Source: Saprospira sp. CCB-QB6 (GTDB lineage: Bacteria; Bacteroidota; Bacteroidia; Chitinophagales; Saprospiraceae). From it: a DNA stretch of 64,000 nucleotides. The notes under the pieces are model-generated. The model did not search any database. It saw only the letters and a list, made by a program, of their open reading frames with translations, and was not told the DNA's origin. Positions 36,171-45,813 of the stretch are shown piece by piece; position 1 is the first letter of the stretch, and the number at the start of each line of letters is the position of its first letter. The stretch covers positions 1,263,886-1,327,885 of the forward strand of contig NZ_CP116808.1 in assembly GCF_028464065.1 (NCBI RefSeq), written 5' to 3'. The translations under genes were made by a program, and so were the position numbers.

Positions 36171-36887
36171 TTACTTCTGGCTAAAGAATTTATTCTTTTT
36201 GGGTTTTGTTAAATGTGGAGCTCTTAGATAAAAGGGCTCAGAATACGCCAAATCAGCAAATAGGGCTTGTTCATATTCTTTTTGGGCCAATTGCTCAAAA
36301 AAGCGAGCAGAGGGTTCCGTCAAAGGCAACATATTAAAATTATTACCATTTTGTGACGTCAACTCTTGATAAGCTGCAGCGGCAGAGCCCAGCAAATATA
36401 TTTGCTGTTCCTCCTTATACCCTTCTAAGTCTAAATCTTTAAGTGACACAAAGAAGGGCGATTTCACTGGCTCTAGGGCCAAGTTATAAATAGCTGCATA
36501 GGCATTTCCACGGCGGGCATCTTCTAGACAAACTAAAAGGCTATTGGCGGGCAGTTCTTGGTTCCATTTGGCTCCATAAGCCAAGGCGGCTAGGGTATCA
36601 AGGGCCAAAAGGGGGCATTGCCAGGCAAAGGCCAAGCCTTTGGCAGTAGAATAGGCAATGCGCAAGCCCGTATAAGAGCCTGGCCCTTTACTCACCCCAA
36701 TAGCGGTTAATTGGCTCCCTTTAATTTGGGCGTGCTGCAGTATTTTTTGGACAAAAAGCGTGAGTTCTGCGGCGGGGTCGCCAGTATTTCCAGTACTTTC
36801 TTCTACTAGCCAGCAGTGGCCGTTCTTAATCAGCGCCACCGAAGTTTTTCGGCTGCTGCTTTCTAAAACGAGTATCAATTGGTCCAT
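36171..36887 (-). CDS. tsaB: tRNA threonylcarbamoyladenosine biosynthesis protein TsaB (YeaZ)
   Basis: Start at Met53 (MDQLILVLESSSRKTSVALI...); the upstream codons are repeat-derived. GVSKGPGSYTGLRIAYSTAKGLA matches the TsaB/YeaZ GPGSFTGLRIG motif. Confidence 0.7.
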   Translation of the reverse strand: MDQLILVLESSSRKTSVALIKNGHCWLVEESTGNTGDPAAELTLFVQKILQHAQIKGSQLTAIGVSKGPGSYTGLRIAYSTAKGLAFAWQCPLLALDTLAALAYGAKWNQELPANSLLVCLEDARRGNAYAAIYNLALEPVKSPFFVSLKDLDLEGYKEEQQIYLLGSAAAAYQELTSQNGNNFNMLPLTEPSARFFEQLAQKEYEQALFADLAYSEPFYLRAPHLTKPKKNKFFSQK

Positions 36888-36925
36888 AACAAATAAATAT
36901 TCTAGCGTAAAGGGCGTGAAATAAG

Positions 36926-37071
36926 GGCTGGGCGGGGAGCGCCAATGGCCTAGCGATGTGCAAGGGTGGCCGTCAGGCCAGACCGAGGCGCAAAGCGCCG
37001 AAGGGCCGAGCAGAACTGCGAGCCCTGCAACGTAGCGCCGCAAGGCGAAGCCGCAGCGGAGGCCCCAAAAA
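36926..37071 (-). repeat. GC-rich modular repeat copy M (beta-type, minus orientation)
   Basis: GGCCTAGCGATGTGCAAGGGTGGCCGTCAGGCCAGACCGAGGCGCAAAGCGCCGAAGGGCCGAGCAGAACTGCGAGCCCTGCAACGTAGCGCCGCAAGGCGAAGCCGCAGCGGAGGCCCCAAAAA. Confidence 0.8.
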
Positions 37072-37087
37072 TAACAGCAGTAATTAA

Positions 37088-37124
37088 AAAAACAAAATAG
37101 CCTCTCAATGCAAATTGAGAGGCT
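37088..37124 (-). terminator. rpsA terminator: hairpin AGCCTCTCAATGCAAATTGAGAGGCT followed on the minus strand by ATTTTGTTTTTTT
   Basis: Read directly, 38 bp downstream of the rpsA stop. Confidence 0.55.
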
Positions 37125-37161
37125 AAGGGCTTTATTATGAATCGGAATGAGGAGTTAGATC

Positions 37162-39009
37162 TTACTCTTCGTCCTGATTATCTTTCTCTTGGTTTTCGAT
37201 TTGCTCACGCAATTGGGCAAAAACGTTGAGGTCACCCATAGTGCTACGCTCTACTTTATCTTGCTGTTTGCGGAGTTCATCTTGTGCTTCGCGGCTTTGG
37301 CGACGTTTGTCATCGCGTTCTTGGCGGTCAGCATCTTTCTTGCTATCGTTGTAGTAGCGAGAGTGAGACACGAGGATACGTTTATCATCGCGGTTAAACT
37401 CAATCACTTTGAAGAGCAAAGTCTCCTCTACTTCAGCAAGGCTACCATCTTCTTTCTTCACGTGACGGAGAGGAGCGAAAGCTTCTAGACCGTAAGGAAG
37501 TTGAACGATAGCGCCGCGGTCGTCACGACGGAGAACAGTGGCTTCATGCACAGAACCTACAGGGAAAACGTTCTCGAAAGTATCCCAAGGATTCTCTTCG
37601 AGTTGTTTGTGGCCCAAAGAAAGTTTGCGGTTCTCTACATCGATGTCAAGGATCATGATATCTAGGGTCTCACCTACTTTAGTAAACTCAGCAGGGTGGC
37701 CATAGCGTTTAGTCCAAGAAAGGTCAGAGATATGGATCATACCGCCGATACCTTCTTCGAGCTCCAAGAATACGCCATAAGGAGTAAGGTTTTTCACTTC
37801 ACCTTTGTGTACACTATTTTTGGGGTAACGCTCTTCGATAGTTGCCCAAGGATCATCGCTAAGCTGTTTGAGGCTTAGAGACATTTTGCGCTCTTCGCGG
37901 TCGATAGTCACCACTTTAGCTTCGTGGATAGTTCCTTCTTTGAAGAAATCGCGAGAGTTGATAGGCTGGCTGCTCCAAGATACCTCAGAAACGTGGATAA
38001 GACCTTCAACACCAGGAGTGATTTCTAGGAAAGCACCGTAGTCCTCGATGTTTACGATACGGCCTTTAACTGTAGAGCCAGGCTGTACGTCTTCGGGCAA
38101 TACATCCCATGGATGGGGTTGTAGTTGTTTAAGACCCAAAGAGATACGTTTCTTGTCATCATTGAAGTCAAGAACAACAACGTTGAGCTTCTGTCCATTT
38201 TCAAGAACATCGCTGGGGTGCTTGATACGGCCCCAAGAGATGTCCGTGATATAAAGAAGACCATCTACACCACCCAAATCGAGGAATGCACCAAAGTCGG
38301 TAAGGTTCTTTACAGTACCTTCTAGGACCTGACCGCGCTCCAATTTAGAGATGATTTCTTGACGTTGAGCTTCCAAGTCGCTTTCGATAAGCGCTTTGTG
38401 AGAAACAACAGCGTTTTTGATCGCTTCGTTGATTTTCACAACTTTGAACTCCATAGTTTTACCTACGTATGCATCATAGTCAACGATAGGCTTGATGTCG
38501 ATTTGTGAACCGGGCAAGAATGTTTCTAGACCCTGAACGTCTACGATCATACCACCTTTCGTCTTGCTGATGATGTGTCCTTTAACGACAGTAGCTTCTT
38601 CGTAAGCGTTAACGATACTTTCCCAAGCGCGAAGCAATTTAGCTTTGCGGCGAGACAAAACAAGCTGTCCACGCTTATCCTCTTGAGTTTCTACGTATAC
38701 CTCAACAACATCACCTACGGCGAGTTCGGGCATATCGCGGAATTCTGAAGTAGGCACCAATCCATCAGACTTGTAGTTCAAATCGATTACTACATCGCCA
38801 TCTTGGATAGCTACTACGCGACCACCAACGATTTCGTACTCTTTTACAGAGCTCAAAGTTTCGTCGTACTCGGCAGTTAGTTTGGCCAATTCTTCAGCAG
38901 AGTAAGCTGATTCACCAGACTTGCTAGAGTTCCAATCAAAATCGTCGTGAGCAACTACTACTTGCTCTTGCTGGTTCTCCAGCTCCTGATTATTAGTTTC
39001 GTTTTCCAT
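37162..39009 (-). CDS. rpsA: 30S ribosomal protein S1
   Basis: 615 aa with about six tandem S1 domains (repeating G..V.G.V..I...GAFL.L....GL.H.S...W pattern) and an acidic C-terminus. Confidence 0.9.
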   Translation of the reverse strand: MENETNNQELENQQEQVVVAHDDFDWNSSKSGESAYSAEELAKLTAEYDETLSSVKEYEIVGGRVVAIQDGDVVIDLNYKSDGLVPTSEFRDMPELAVGDVVEVYVETQEDKRGQLVLSRRKAKLLRAWESIVNAYEEATVVKGHIISKTKGGMIVDVQGLETFLPGSQIDIKPIVDYDAYVGKTMEFKVVKINEAIKNAVVSHKALIESDLEAQRQEIISKLERGQVLEGTVKNLTDFGAFLDLGGVDGLLYITDISWGRIKHPSDVLENGQKLNVVVLDFNDDKKRISLGLKQLQPHPWDVLPEDVQPGSTVKGRIVNIEDYGAFLEITPGVEGLIHVSEVSWSSQPINSRDFFKEGTIHEAKVVTIDREERKMSLSLKQLSDDPWATIEERYPKNSVHKGEVKNLTPYGVFLELEEGIGGMIHISDLSWTKRYGHPAEFTKVGETLDIMILDIDVENRKLSLGHKQLEENPWDTFENVFPVGSVHEATVLRRDDRGAIVQLPYGLEAFAPLRHVKKEDGSLAEVEETLLFKVIEFNRDDKRILVSHSRYYNDSKKDADRQERDDKRRQSREAQDELRKQQDKVERSTMGDLNVFAQLREQIENQEKDNQDEE

Positions 39010-39150
39010 AATTATGGAAGTTTCCCTTCCGGGACGGTTTAAAAATGTGAATAAATTAATGTCGGCATCTCCTTTTTAGGAAAATGCTTGCAAAAGTAAG
39101 CTTTTTAAGCCTCTTTTACAAGCCATTATGATTTTATTTTCAGAGGAGGC

Positions 39151-41091
39151 TTAATCCTCCTCCCAAAAAGCTTCTAGCGCCAATTCGGCCTCTTCCCATT
39201 TTTCCATGGCATCTTCCGTAGCAGCTTGATTCTCTTGGTGTTTAATCAAAGCTTTTTCATAGTCAGGGGTTCCAAATTTGTCACTATCCCCCAATATTTT
39301 TTCCAATTTATTTTTCTCTTCTTCTAAGCGCTGAAGTTGCCGCTCTGCATTCTGAATATTTCTCTTGAGTTGTTTGAGGGCTTGCTTGACCGCAGGATCA
39401 TTTTCATCCTTTTTGGGCTTGGCCTTTTTGCTGCTGCCGCTGCTGTTGGCCGTTTTGCCCAAAGAAACATCTCTAAGGCTGCCGTATTGGCGTTTTTCGA
39501 GAAAGTATTCCGAGTCGCCCAAATAGGTTTTAAGCTTCTTTTGGTCAAATTCAATGACTTTATCGGTCAAGCCATCCAAAAAGTCTCTATCGTGAGAAAC
39601 CACCACCAAGGTCCCATCATAATGCAAAAGGGCCTCTTTCAAAATGGCCTTAGAAAGCATATCTAAGTGGTTGGTGGGTTCATCCAGTACCAACAAATTG
39701 ATGGGATGCAAAAGCAAACAAGCCATGGCTAGACGCGCCCGTTCTCCTCCCGATAAAACCGATACTTTTTTGTCTACATCTTCTCCTCTAAACAGAAAAG
39801 AGCCCAAAATAGCCCGTAAGCGGGGACGCAACTCAAAGGGAGCATCCTGTTCTATGGTTTCTAAAACAGTCTTTTTGGGGTCTAGGGCTTCGGCCTGATT
39901 CTGTGCATAATAGCCCAAATGGACATTATGGCCCAATTCGCTTGTTCCGCCCGTGGGCAGTTGCTGGCCCACCATTATTTTTACCAAGGTCGATTTCCCC
40001 TCTCCATTTTTTCCCATAAAGGCGAGGCGCTCGCCTCGGATGATGGTCAAATCAACCTCATTCAAGATCAAATTATCGCCATAGCTTTTGCTTAGGCCTT
40101 TTACAATGGCCACTCTTTCGCCAGAACGAGGCGCTGGTGGAAACTGCAGGCGCATCCGACTGCTATCGCCATCTTCTAGCTCGATCCGCTGCATACGGTC
40201 CAATTCCTTCATGAGCGATTGGGCCATTTTGGCCTTATTGGCCTTGGCTCTAAATTTATCGACTAGGGCTTCTTTGCGGGCAATTTCTTTTTGCTGCTGC
40301 TGAAAAGCCGACTGCATTTGGGCCTGCCGCTCTTCTCGCAACTCTAAATACCGAGAGTAATTCGCTTTATAATCATGTACCTTGCCCAACTCAATCTCAA
40401 TGGTGCGTTGCGTCACCTTATCCAAAAAGGCTTTATCGTGAGAAATCACAATCACGGCCCCTTCATAAGGCTGCAAAAACTGCTCGAGCCAAATGATAGA
40501 TTCAATATCCAAGTGGTTGGTCGGCTCATCCAAAAGCAAGAGCTGTGGCCGCTGCAACAGAATTTTGGCCAACTCGATTCGCATTTGCCAGCCCCCACTA
40601 AAGGTCGTAGTTTGTCGATCAAAGTCATTGACCGAAAAGCCCAAACCCATCAAGATTTTCTCGGCTTCGGCTTGTAGACTTTGGCCGCCAATCAAGGCCA
40701 GACGATCGTTTAGTTCCGATAATTCATGAATGAGCTCCATATAACTATCACTGCTGTAGTCGGTCCGCTCTTCCATCTCTTGCTGAATCTCTTCTAGGCG
40801 TTTTTCCATGGCCTGCGCCTTGGCAAAGGCGGTCATCGCCTCTTCCAAAACAGTTTTGCCCTTAGGCAATAACATATCTTGGTGCAAAAAACCGATGGTT
40901 AGGTCTTTAGGGGCAGCGATATTGCCTTGCATAGGGGCATTATGTCCCGCAATAATCTTAAGCATAGTCGATTTGCCCGCTCCATTTCGGCCCGTCAGAC
41001 CAATGCGGTCTTTTTCTCGCACTGTAAAGGAAACCTGGTCCAACAATCGGCGATCGCCATATTGTACATATATATTCTGAAGGTTCAGCAT
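39151..41091 (-). CDS. ABC-F family ATPase (two tandem ABC domains, no transmembrane domain)
   Basis: Walker A GRNGAGKST and GKNGEGKST. Signatures LSGGWQMRIELAKIL and LSGGERARLAMACLL. Coiled-coil C-terminal extension. 646 aa. Confidence 0.85.
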   Translation of the reverse strand: MLNLQNIYVQYGDRRLLDQVSFTVREKDRIGLTGRNGAGKSTMLKIIAGHNAPMQGNIAAPKDLTIGFLHQDMLLPKGKTVLEEAMTAFAKAQAMEKRLEEIQQEMEERTDYSSDSYMELIHELSELNDRLALIGGQSLQAEAEKILMGLGFSVNDFDRQTTTFSGGWQMRIELAKILLQRPQLLLLDEPTNHLDIESIIWLEQFLQPYEGAVIVISHDKAFLDKVTQRTIEIELGKVHDYKANYSRYLELREERQAQMQSAFQQQQKEIARKEALVDKFRAKANKAKMAQSLMKELDRMQRIELEDGDSSRMRLQFPPAPRSGERVAIVKGLSKSYGDNLILNEVDLTIIRGERLAFMGKNGEGKSTLVKIMVGQQLPTGGTSELGHNVHLGYYAQNQAEALDPKKTVLETIEQDAPFELRPRLRAILGSFLFRGEDVDKKVSVLSGGERARLAMACLLLHPINLLVLDEPTNHLDMLSKAILKEALLHYDGTLVVVSHDRDFLDGLTDKVIEFDQKKLKTYLGDSEYFLEKRQYGSLRDVSLGKTANSSGSSKKAKPKKDENDPAVKQALKQLKRNIQNAERQLQRLEEEKNKLEKILGDSDKFGTPDYEKALIKHQENQAATEDAMEKWEEAELALEAFWEED

Positions 41092-41143
41092 GATTATTTT
41101 CTTTTAGTCGCCGCAAAAATAGCCTTTTTCTTTGGAATAATCA

Positions 41144-41277
41144 TTTTTTGGGGCCTCAGCTGCGGCTTCGCCTTGCTGCGCTACGCTTTGGGGCTCGCAG
41201 GTCTGCTCGGCCCTTCAGGCTACACTTCGTTTCGCCTTCGGTCTGGCCTAACGGCCACCCCGCCGCATCGCTAGGCC
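41144..41277 (+). repeat. GC-rich modular repeat copy N (beta-type), left arm of a tight inverted pair
   Basis: TTTTTTGGGGCCTCAGCTGCGGCTTCGCCTTGCTGCGCTACGCTTTGGGGCTCGCAGGTCTGCTCGGCCC...GGTCTGGCCTAACGGCCACCCCGCCGCATCGCTAGGCC. Confidence 0.8.
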
Positions 41278-41414
41278 GCTCCACGGTCTTTTTGCTCTTG
41301 GCATTCTTCTTCGGCCCTCCATTCATTCCGTTCAATTCATGAGGGTTTTACCCCTCATTCATATATCATTGCGAAGCAATACCACTCTAGCTGTAGGTTT
41401 CAACCTACAGTAAA
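41278..41414. repeat. Conserved core between inverted pair N/O (TTCATGAGGGTTTTACCCCTCATTCATATAT...GCAATACCACTCTAGCTGTAGGTTTCAACCTACAG)
   Basis: About 80% identical to the core 58326-58479 between pair T/U. Contains hairpins ATGAGGG-TTTTA-CCCCTCAT and CTGTAGGTT-TC-AACCTACAG. Confidence 0.7.
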
Positions 41415-41553
41415 AAGGGCCGAAGGCCCGCGGCTGAGGGGCTGTAGCCGTGCCGCCGCAGGCGGCAGACCAAAGCGCTGCAAGCGCCGCAGGGCCGAGC
41501 GAGCAGCGAGCGGCGCAAGGGCACGGCCGCCGCAGGCGGCAGGCCCCAAAAAA
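41415..41553 (-). repeat. GC-rich modular repeat copy O (alpha-prime type, minus orientation), right arm of the pair
   Basis: GGGCCGAAGGCCCGCGGCTGAGGGGCTGTAGCCGTGCCGCCGCAGGCGGCAGACCAAAGCGCTGCAAGCGCCGCAGGGCCGAGCGAGCAGCGAGCGGCGCAAGGGCACGGCCGCCGCAGGCGGCAGGCCCCAAAAAAAG. Confidence 0.8.
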
Positions 41554-41612
41554 AGAAAAGGACCAGCACCGAAGTACTGGACCTTTAAAGGGATTAGCAA
41601 AAGCTAATTAAA

Positions 41613-44600
41613 CTATTTGGCCAAAACGAAAGGCAATTGTAGGCGGCCATCTTTACCTTCTAGTTGAAGGATATATTGGCCAGCGGGCAAATTGCTCAGG
41701 TTAAAGTCATATTGTTGTTGGATGCTTGCAGTTTGCGTCCAAACTACTTGGCCCAAAGTATTGAAGATGCGAATTTGTTGTGCACCCTCTAGAGCTTGCT
41801 CCAATTGGAGTTGGAACTGACCGTTGTTGGGGTTGGGGAAAAGCTTAATATTTTGCTCATTCCAAGTTGTAATGCTCGTGCTACAGTCAATGAAAGCAAT
41901 GTTAATGCTAGCGCTGTTGCTACAAGCACCAGCTGTAGTATAAGTAACACTGTGGTTAGCATTGATTGGGCTATTATCAAAGTCAATTGTTCCGGTATTA
42001 GGATCAAGAACTAGGCCTGTGCTACTGCTGAAGGTTCCGCCTGAAACCATTGTAGTTGGCAAAGTGGTCACTTGAGTTCCTAGGCAGAAAGTTGTGGTAT
42101 CATAGACAAAGCTAGCATCATCACGGCCATTGAGGGTAATGATAACGGTATCTACATCGGGACAGCTGCCTTGAGTAGTATAAGAAATCACATAAGCACC
42201 AGCTTGGCTATTGGCTAGGTCAATTGTACCTCCAAAGCTTTCTAGAACGATACCAGGAGTAGAAGTGAACAAACCGTTGTTGCTTGCATTGATTTGCGCA
42301 ATGGGGTTCGTTCCATCGAGGCAATAGCTACTCATAGGATAGCTAATATCTGCCGTATCGGCTGCATCAATATTGATGACAAAAGTATCCAAATCTGCAC
42401 AAGCGTTGGGTGTAGTATACACGATCGCATGAAGACCAGCACTAGAGTTATCTACATTGACGGCTCCTGTTGTGGGGTTCAGATCAAGTGCATTAGAGGG
42501 GCTGCTAAAGCTACCGCCTTGGGTAGCAAAAACAGTGGGGGTAACAGTACCTGCACCAAAGCAGTAATTAGCCATAGGATAGCTAATATCTGCCGTATCA
42601 GCATCAGCGATAGCAACAGCAACAGTGTCATAATCCATACAGCTCATGTTTGGACCAACACCATAAATAACGCTATAGGCTGCGATAGAAGAAGAACCAG
42701 CAGAAATCTCACCAGTTAGGCTGTCAATATCGAGGCCAGCAGTGCTCATATAAATACCGCCGAGATCACCATTGTTAGTCACGGCAACTTGTCCAGAGTT
42801 TTGGCAATAAGAAGCGAAAGGATAGCTAATATCAGCTACAGGCGTTACGCTATTTTGTGTGATAGCTAGAACATAAGCACCAGTATTTGATAGAAATCCC
42901 TCCACCATTACATAGAACGTATCTTGGTAAGTAACGGGCGTGCCCAAAATTTCTGATTGCGTTCCACAAGAAGCATCGTCATTGCTAGCAATTTCGACCA
43001 AGTTAGCATCATAAATACGGAGGTAAGTATCGAAGCTAGAGCCACAAAGTGAGGCGTCAATAGTGGTTACACAGGGGTCGGTAATAACCACTTGATACCA
43101 TACATCAGCTGATGTATACCCCATAAAGTCCGTATAACAGCTAGCCGTACTGCTTGTATCATTAAAAGTAGCTGTAGTGACTACGATAGGATCGGTGGGA
43201 GTATCTCCGTTAACAGCACAAAGTGTAGTGAAGCTAGTCATCGTCCAAGCAGAGGTATCGCCAGGAGCACAAACTGCACGAACATAAACATCGTAGGTTG
43301 TATTATCCATCAGGCCTGTTTGGCTACTACTGTTTGTATTGATTACTGCAGTAGTTCCTGTAGGAGTATTTCCAGCCATCACTACTTCTAGTTGGAAGTT
43401 AGTTGCAGCTGCTGTCCAGTTCAAATCAGCTGAAGTAGCTGTAATATTGCTTGCGGTTAGGCCAGAAACAGGCACACAAGAAGGCAAGTCATCAAATGCA
43501 ACATCATCAATTAGGATATCATTTTCAAAAGGACTACTAGCTGCATCTTCTACTACGGTAAAGCGAGCTTGCACAGGGCCCGTAATTGTAAATAGGCTCA
43601 AGTCTATCATGACCTCATGCCAGTTTGGAAAATCTTGGCGAATAGTGTCTACAGTCGTCCAGTTGGCCCCATCATAAATATCAATAATCAAAGTATTATT
43701 TACACCTGGATCATCTACATTATTAGAGTATACCCAAAAAATAAGGCCTGGGCGAGTCAAAGCGGTAACATCTACCTGAGGAGTCTCTAGGGTAGAAATC
43801 TGAGTAGCACCATTGGGAGAAGAACCATCAATCCAAGCATAGTTTCCACCATTACCAGTATGATCGCCGGCACTGCTAGCCCCATATCCAGCAGCGGTAC
43901 TATACTTCCATGCCTCAGAACCACTTTCAGTCCAACAGTTAGGTGTAGCAGAACCATCAAAGGTCTCTAGGTAAGGCGCAGAGAAAATACCACAGGCTGT
44001 TGTGAAGCTTAAAGGAGCGGTGTAGGTCGCCGTATCTCCAACGCCACAGAATGGACGAATGTAAACATCATAATCTGTAGCAGCCATTAAGCCCGTCAAA
44101 TTAAATGGAGAGGTTGTAGCCGAAACCATTGTTCCTGCCCCCTGCGTAAAACCAGTAGGTCCATACTCTACAATATAAGCGCCTGCAGTAACAGTATTAT
44201 TGTCTGTCCAAGCCAAATCTACTGAAGAGGTAGTAATATTAGAGGCCGTCATATTCGCAGCAGTCAAACAAGTGGGCAAGTCGGCAAAACTAATATCATC
44301 TAACAAGATGTCATTATAAAAGGGAGAAGTAGGACAATCCTCTACCACTGTAAAACGAGCCTGAACATTGCCCGTAATCGTATAAGTAGAAAGATCCACC
44401 TGAAACTCCACCCAATCAATGCTATCTTGACGGAAAGTATCCACATTGTTCCAAGTGGCCCCATCAAAAAAGTCAATGATTAAGGTGTTATTATCTCCAG
44501 GGTTATTGGCATTATTACTAAACACCCAATAAGTCAATGTAGGCGTTGTCAAACCCGAAATATCCACCAAAGGAGTTTCCAATGTAGAAATTTGGCTGGC

Positions 44601-44846
44601 TCCAGTTGGAGAAGAACCATCAATCCAAGCATAGTTCCCGCCATTTCCAGTATGGTCAGGAGCATTTCCAGCAGCATATCCAGCAGCAGTACTATATTTC
44701 CATGATTCAGAACCACTTTCTGTCCAACATGTAGGCGTAGCTGTCCCATCAAAGCTCTCCGAATAGGGAGCTGTTTGGGTACACTGCGCTCTCAAGCCAG
44801 CAAAGCTCAAAAAGAGACAGGCCGCAATTAGCGTATAAATTCTCAT
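41613..44846 (-). CDS. Secreted 1077-aa T9SS cargo protein with a duplicated ~270-aa N-terminal domain, Fn3-like modules and a C-terminal sorting domain
   Basis: Signal peptide MRIYTLIAACLFLSFAGLRAQ. The block CWTESGSE.WKYSTAAGY...HTGNGGNYAWIDGSSP.GA.QISTLETP.VD...TLIID occurs twice (about residues 40-290 and 310-560). Fn3-like LTASNIT..S.DL.WT. C-terminal ...IKLFPNPNNGQFQLQL...LPAGQYILQLEGKDGRLQLPFVLAK. Confidence 0.75.
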   Translation of the reverse strand: MRIYTLIAACLFLSFAGLRAQCTQTAPYSESFDGTATPTCWTESGSESWKYSTAAGYAAGNAPDHTGNGGNYAWIDGSSPTGASQISTLETPLVDISGLTTPTLTYWVFSNNANNPGDNNTLIIDFFDGATWNNVDTFRQDSIDWVEFQVDLSTYTITGNVQARFTVVEDCPTSPFYNDILLDDISFADLPTCLTAANMTASNITTSSVDLAWTDNNTVTAGAYIVEYGPTGFTQGAGTMVSATTSPFNLTGLMAATDYDVYIRPFCGVGDTATYTAPLSFTTACGIFSAPYLETFDGSATPNCWTESGSEAWKYSTAAGYGASSAGDHTGNGGNYAWIDGSSPNGATQISTLETPQVDVTALTRPGLIFWVYSNNVDDPGVNNTLIIDIYDGANWTTVDTIRQDFPNWHEVMIDLSLFTITGPVQARFTVVEDAASSPFENDILIDDVAFDDLPSCVPVSGLTASNITATSADLNWTAAATNFQLEVVMAGNTPTGTTAVINTNSSSQTGLMDNTTYDVYVRAVCAPGDTSAWTMTSFTTLCAVNGDTPTDPIVVTTATFNDTSSTASCYTDFMGYTSADVWYQVVITDPCVTTIDASLCGSSFDTYLRIYDANLVEIASNDDASCGTQSEILGTPVTYQDTFYVMVEGFLSNTGAYVLAITQNSVTPVADISYPFASYCQNSGQVAVTNNGDLGGIYMSTAGLDIDSLTGEISAGSSSIAAYSVIYGVGPNMSCMDYDTVAVAIADADTADISYPMANYCFGAGTVTPTVFATQGGSFSSPSNALDLNPTTGAVNVDNSSAGLHAIVYTTPNACADLDTFVINIDAADTADISYPMSSYCLDGTNPIAQINASNNGLFTSTPGIVLESFGGTIDLANSQAGAYVISYTTQGSCPDVDTVIITLNGRDDASFVYDTTTFCLGTQVTTLPTTMVSGGTFSSSTGLVLDPNTGTIDFDNSPINANHSVTYTTAGACSNSASINIAFIDCSTSITTWNEQNIKLFPNPNNGQFQLQLEQALEGAQQIRIFNTLGQVVWTQTASIQQQYDFNLSNLPAGQYILQLEGKDGRLQLPFVLAK

Positions 44847-45084
44847 AAAGTGTATGATTTAATATGAATGAAATAAGGCTTACACAAAACAGTCCGCTCA
44901 AGGCAAAACTAACTTTGAGCTAGTTACAAATTTAATCTTTTTTATACAAAAAATTAAGCCTCAGCACAAATAGACCTATAGCAAATTTTTACAGCATTTC
45001 TTGAATATTTTCGGCCATAAATTTGCAACCCTGTTGCATTTATTATTACATTTGCAACATCGTTACATTTAAAAGACAGAAGCA

Positions 45085-45504
45085 ATGAAACTTTCTTATT
45101 CTTGGCCCCTTCTCCTTTTTGTCCTCCTTTTCGGATTTTCTTCTTGCGAAAAAGACGAGGATGACGATCATGACCATGATCATGCAGAAGTGAGTATCAA
45201 CATTCTCTCTCCGACCAATGACAGCACAGTTACTGACCCCAGTCAAACCCATATTCACGTTCAAGTCACTTCTGATGAGGATTTGCATGATATCTACGTT
45301 TATCTCCAAGTAGAAGGCGATAGCAGTTATATCGCCCCTTTTGGTCCCATGACGGTGCACGAGCATGCCACAACGGTAGACATCGAAGAGGATATCGACC
45401 TCTCTAGCTATCCCGCTGGCACCGAATTTCACCTAGAGGTGGAAGCCTGCGAAGATCATGATTGCGAAGAGAAAGAAACCCAACATATTCACTTCTCTAT
45501 TTAG
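45085..45504 (+). CDS. Small lipoprotein with an Asp/His-rich acidic N-terminal region (possible metal-binding)
   Basis: Lipobox LLFGFSSC. The mature N-terminus is EKDEDDDHDHDHAEV, with His/Asp/Glu clusters throughout (HIHVQVTSDED, EDHDCEEKETQHIHF). Confidence 0.45.
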   Translation: MKLSYSWPLLLFVLLFGFSSCEKDEDDDHDHDHAEVSINILSPTNDSTVTDPSQTHIHVQVTSDEDLHDIYVYLQVEGDSSYIAPFGPMTVHEHATTVDIEEDIDLSSYPAGTEFHLEVEACEDHDCEEKETQHIHFSI

Positions 45505-45561
45505 GTTTTAGTCTAGCCTACTTTGTACTATGGCTGCATCTTCTGAAATAGGAGGATGCAG

Positions 45562-45699
45562 TTTTTTTTGGGGCCTGCCGCCTGCGGCGGCCGTGCCCTT
45601 GCGCCGCTCGCTGCTCGCTCGGCCCTGCGGCGCTTGCAGCGCCTTGGTCTGCCGCCTGCGGCGGCACGGCTACAGGCCACTAGGCCAGTCGCTTCGCTC
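45562..45699 (+). repeat. GC-rich modular repeat copy P, left arm of a tight inverted pair
   Basis: TTTTTTTTGGGGCCTGCCGCCTGCGGCGGCCGTGCCCTTGCGCCGCTCGCTGCTCGCTCGGCCCTGCGGCGCTTGCAGCGCCTTGGTCTGCCGCCTGCGGCGGCACGGCTACAGGCCACTAGGCCAGTCGCTTCGCTCC. Confidence 0.8.
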
Positions 45700-45813
45700 C
45701 TTTGCGGCGGCTTTGCCGCCTGTACAAGCGCTATATTGGACCAAAAAGCGGCCCCTAAACTGAATTAGGGGCCGCTTTGCCGTATTACAAAGCTGCAGGC
45801 AAGCCCGCAGCTA

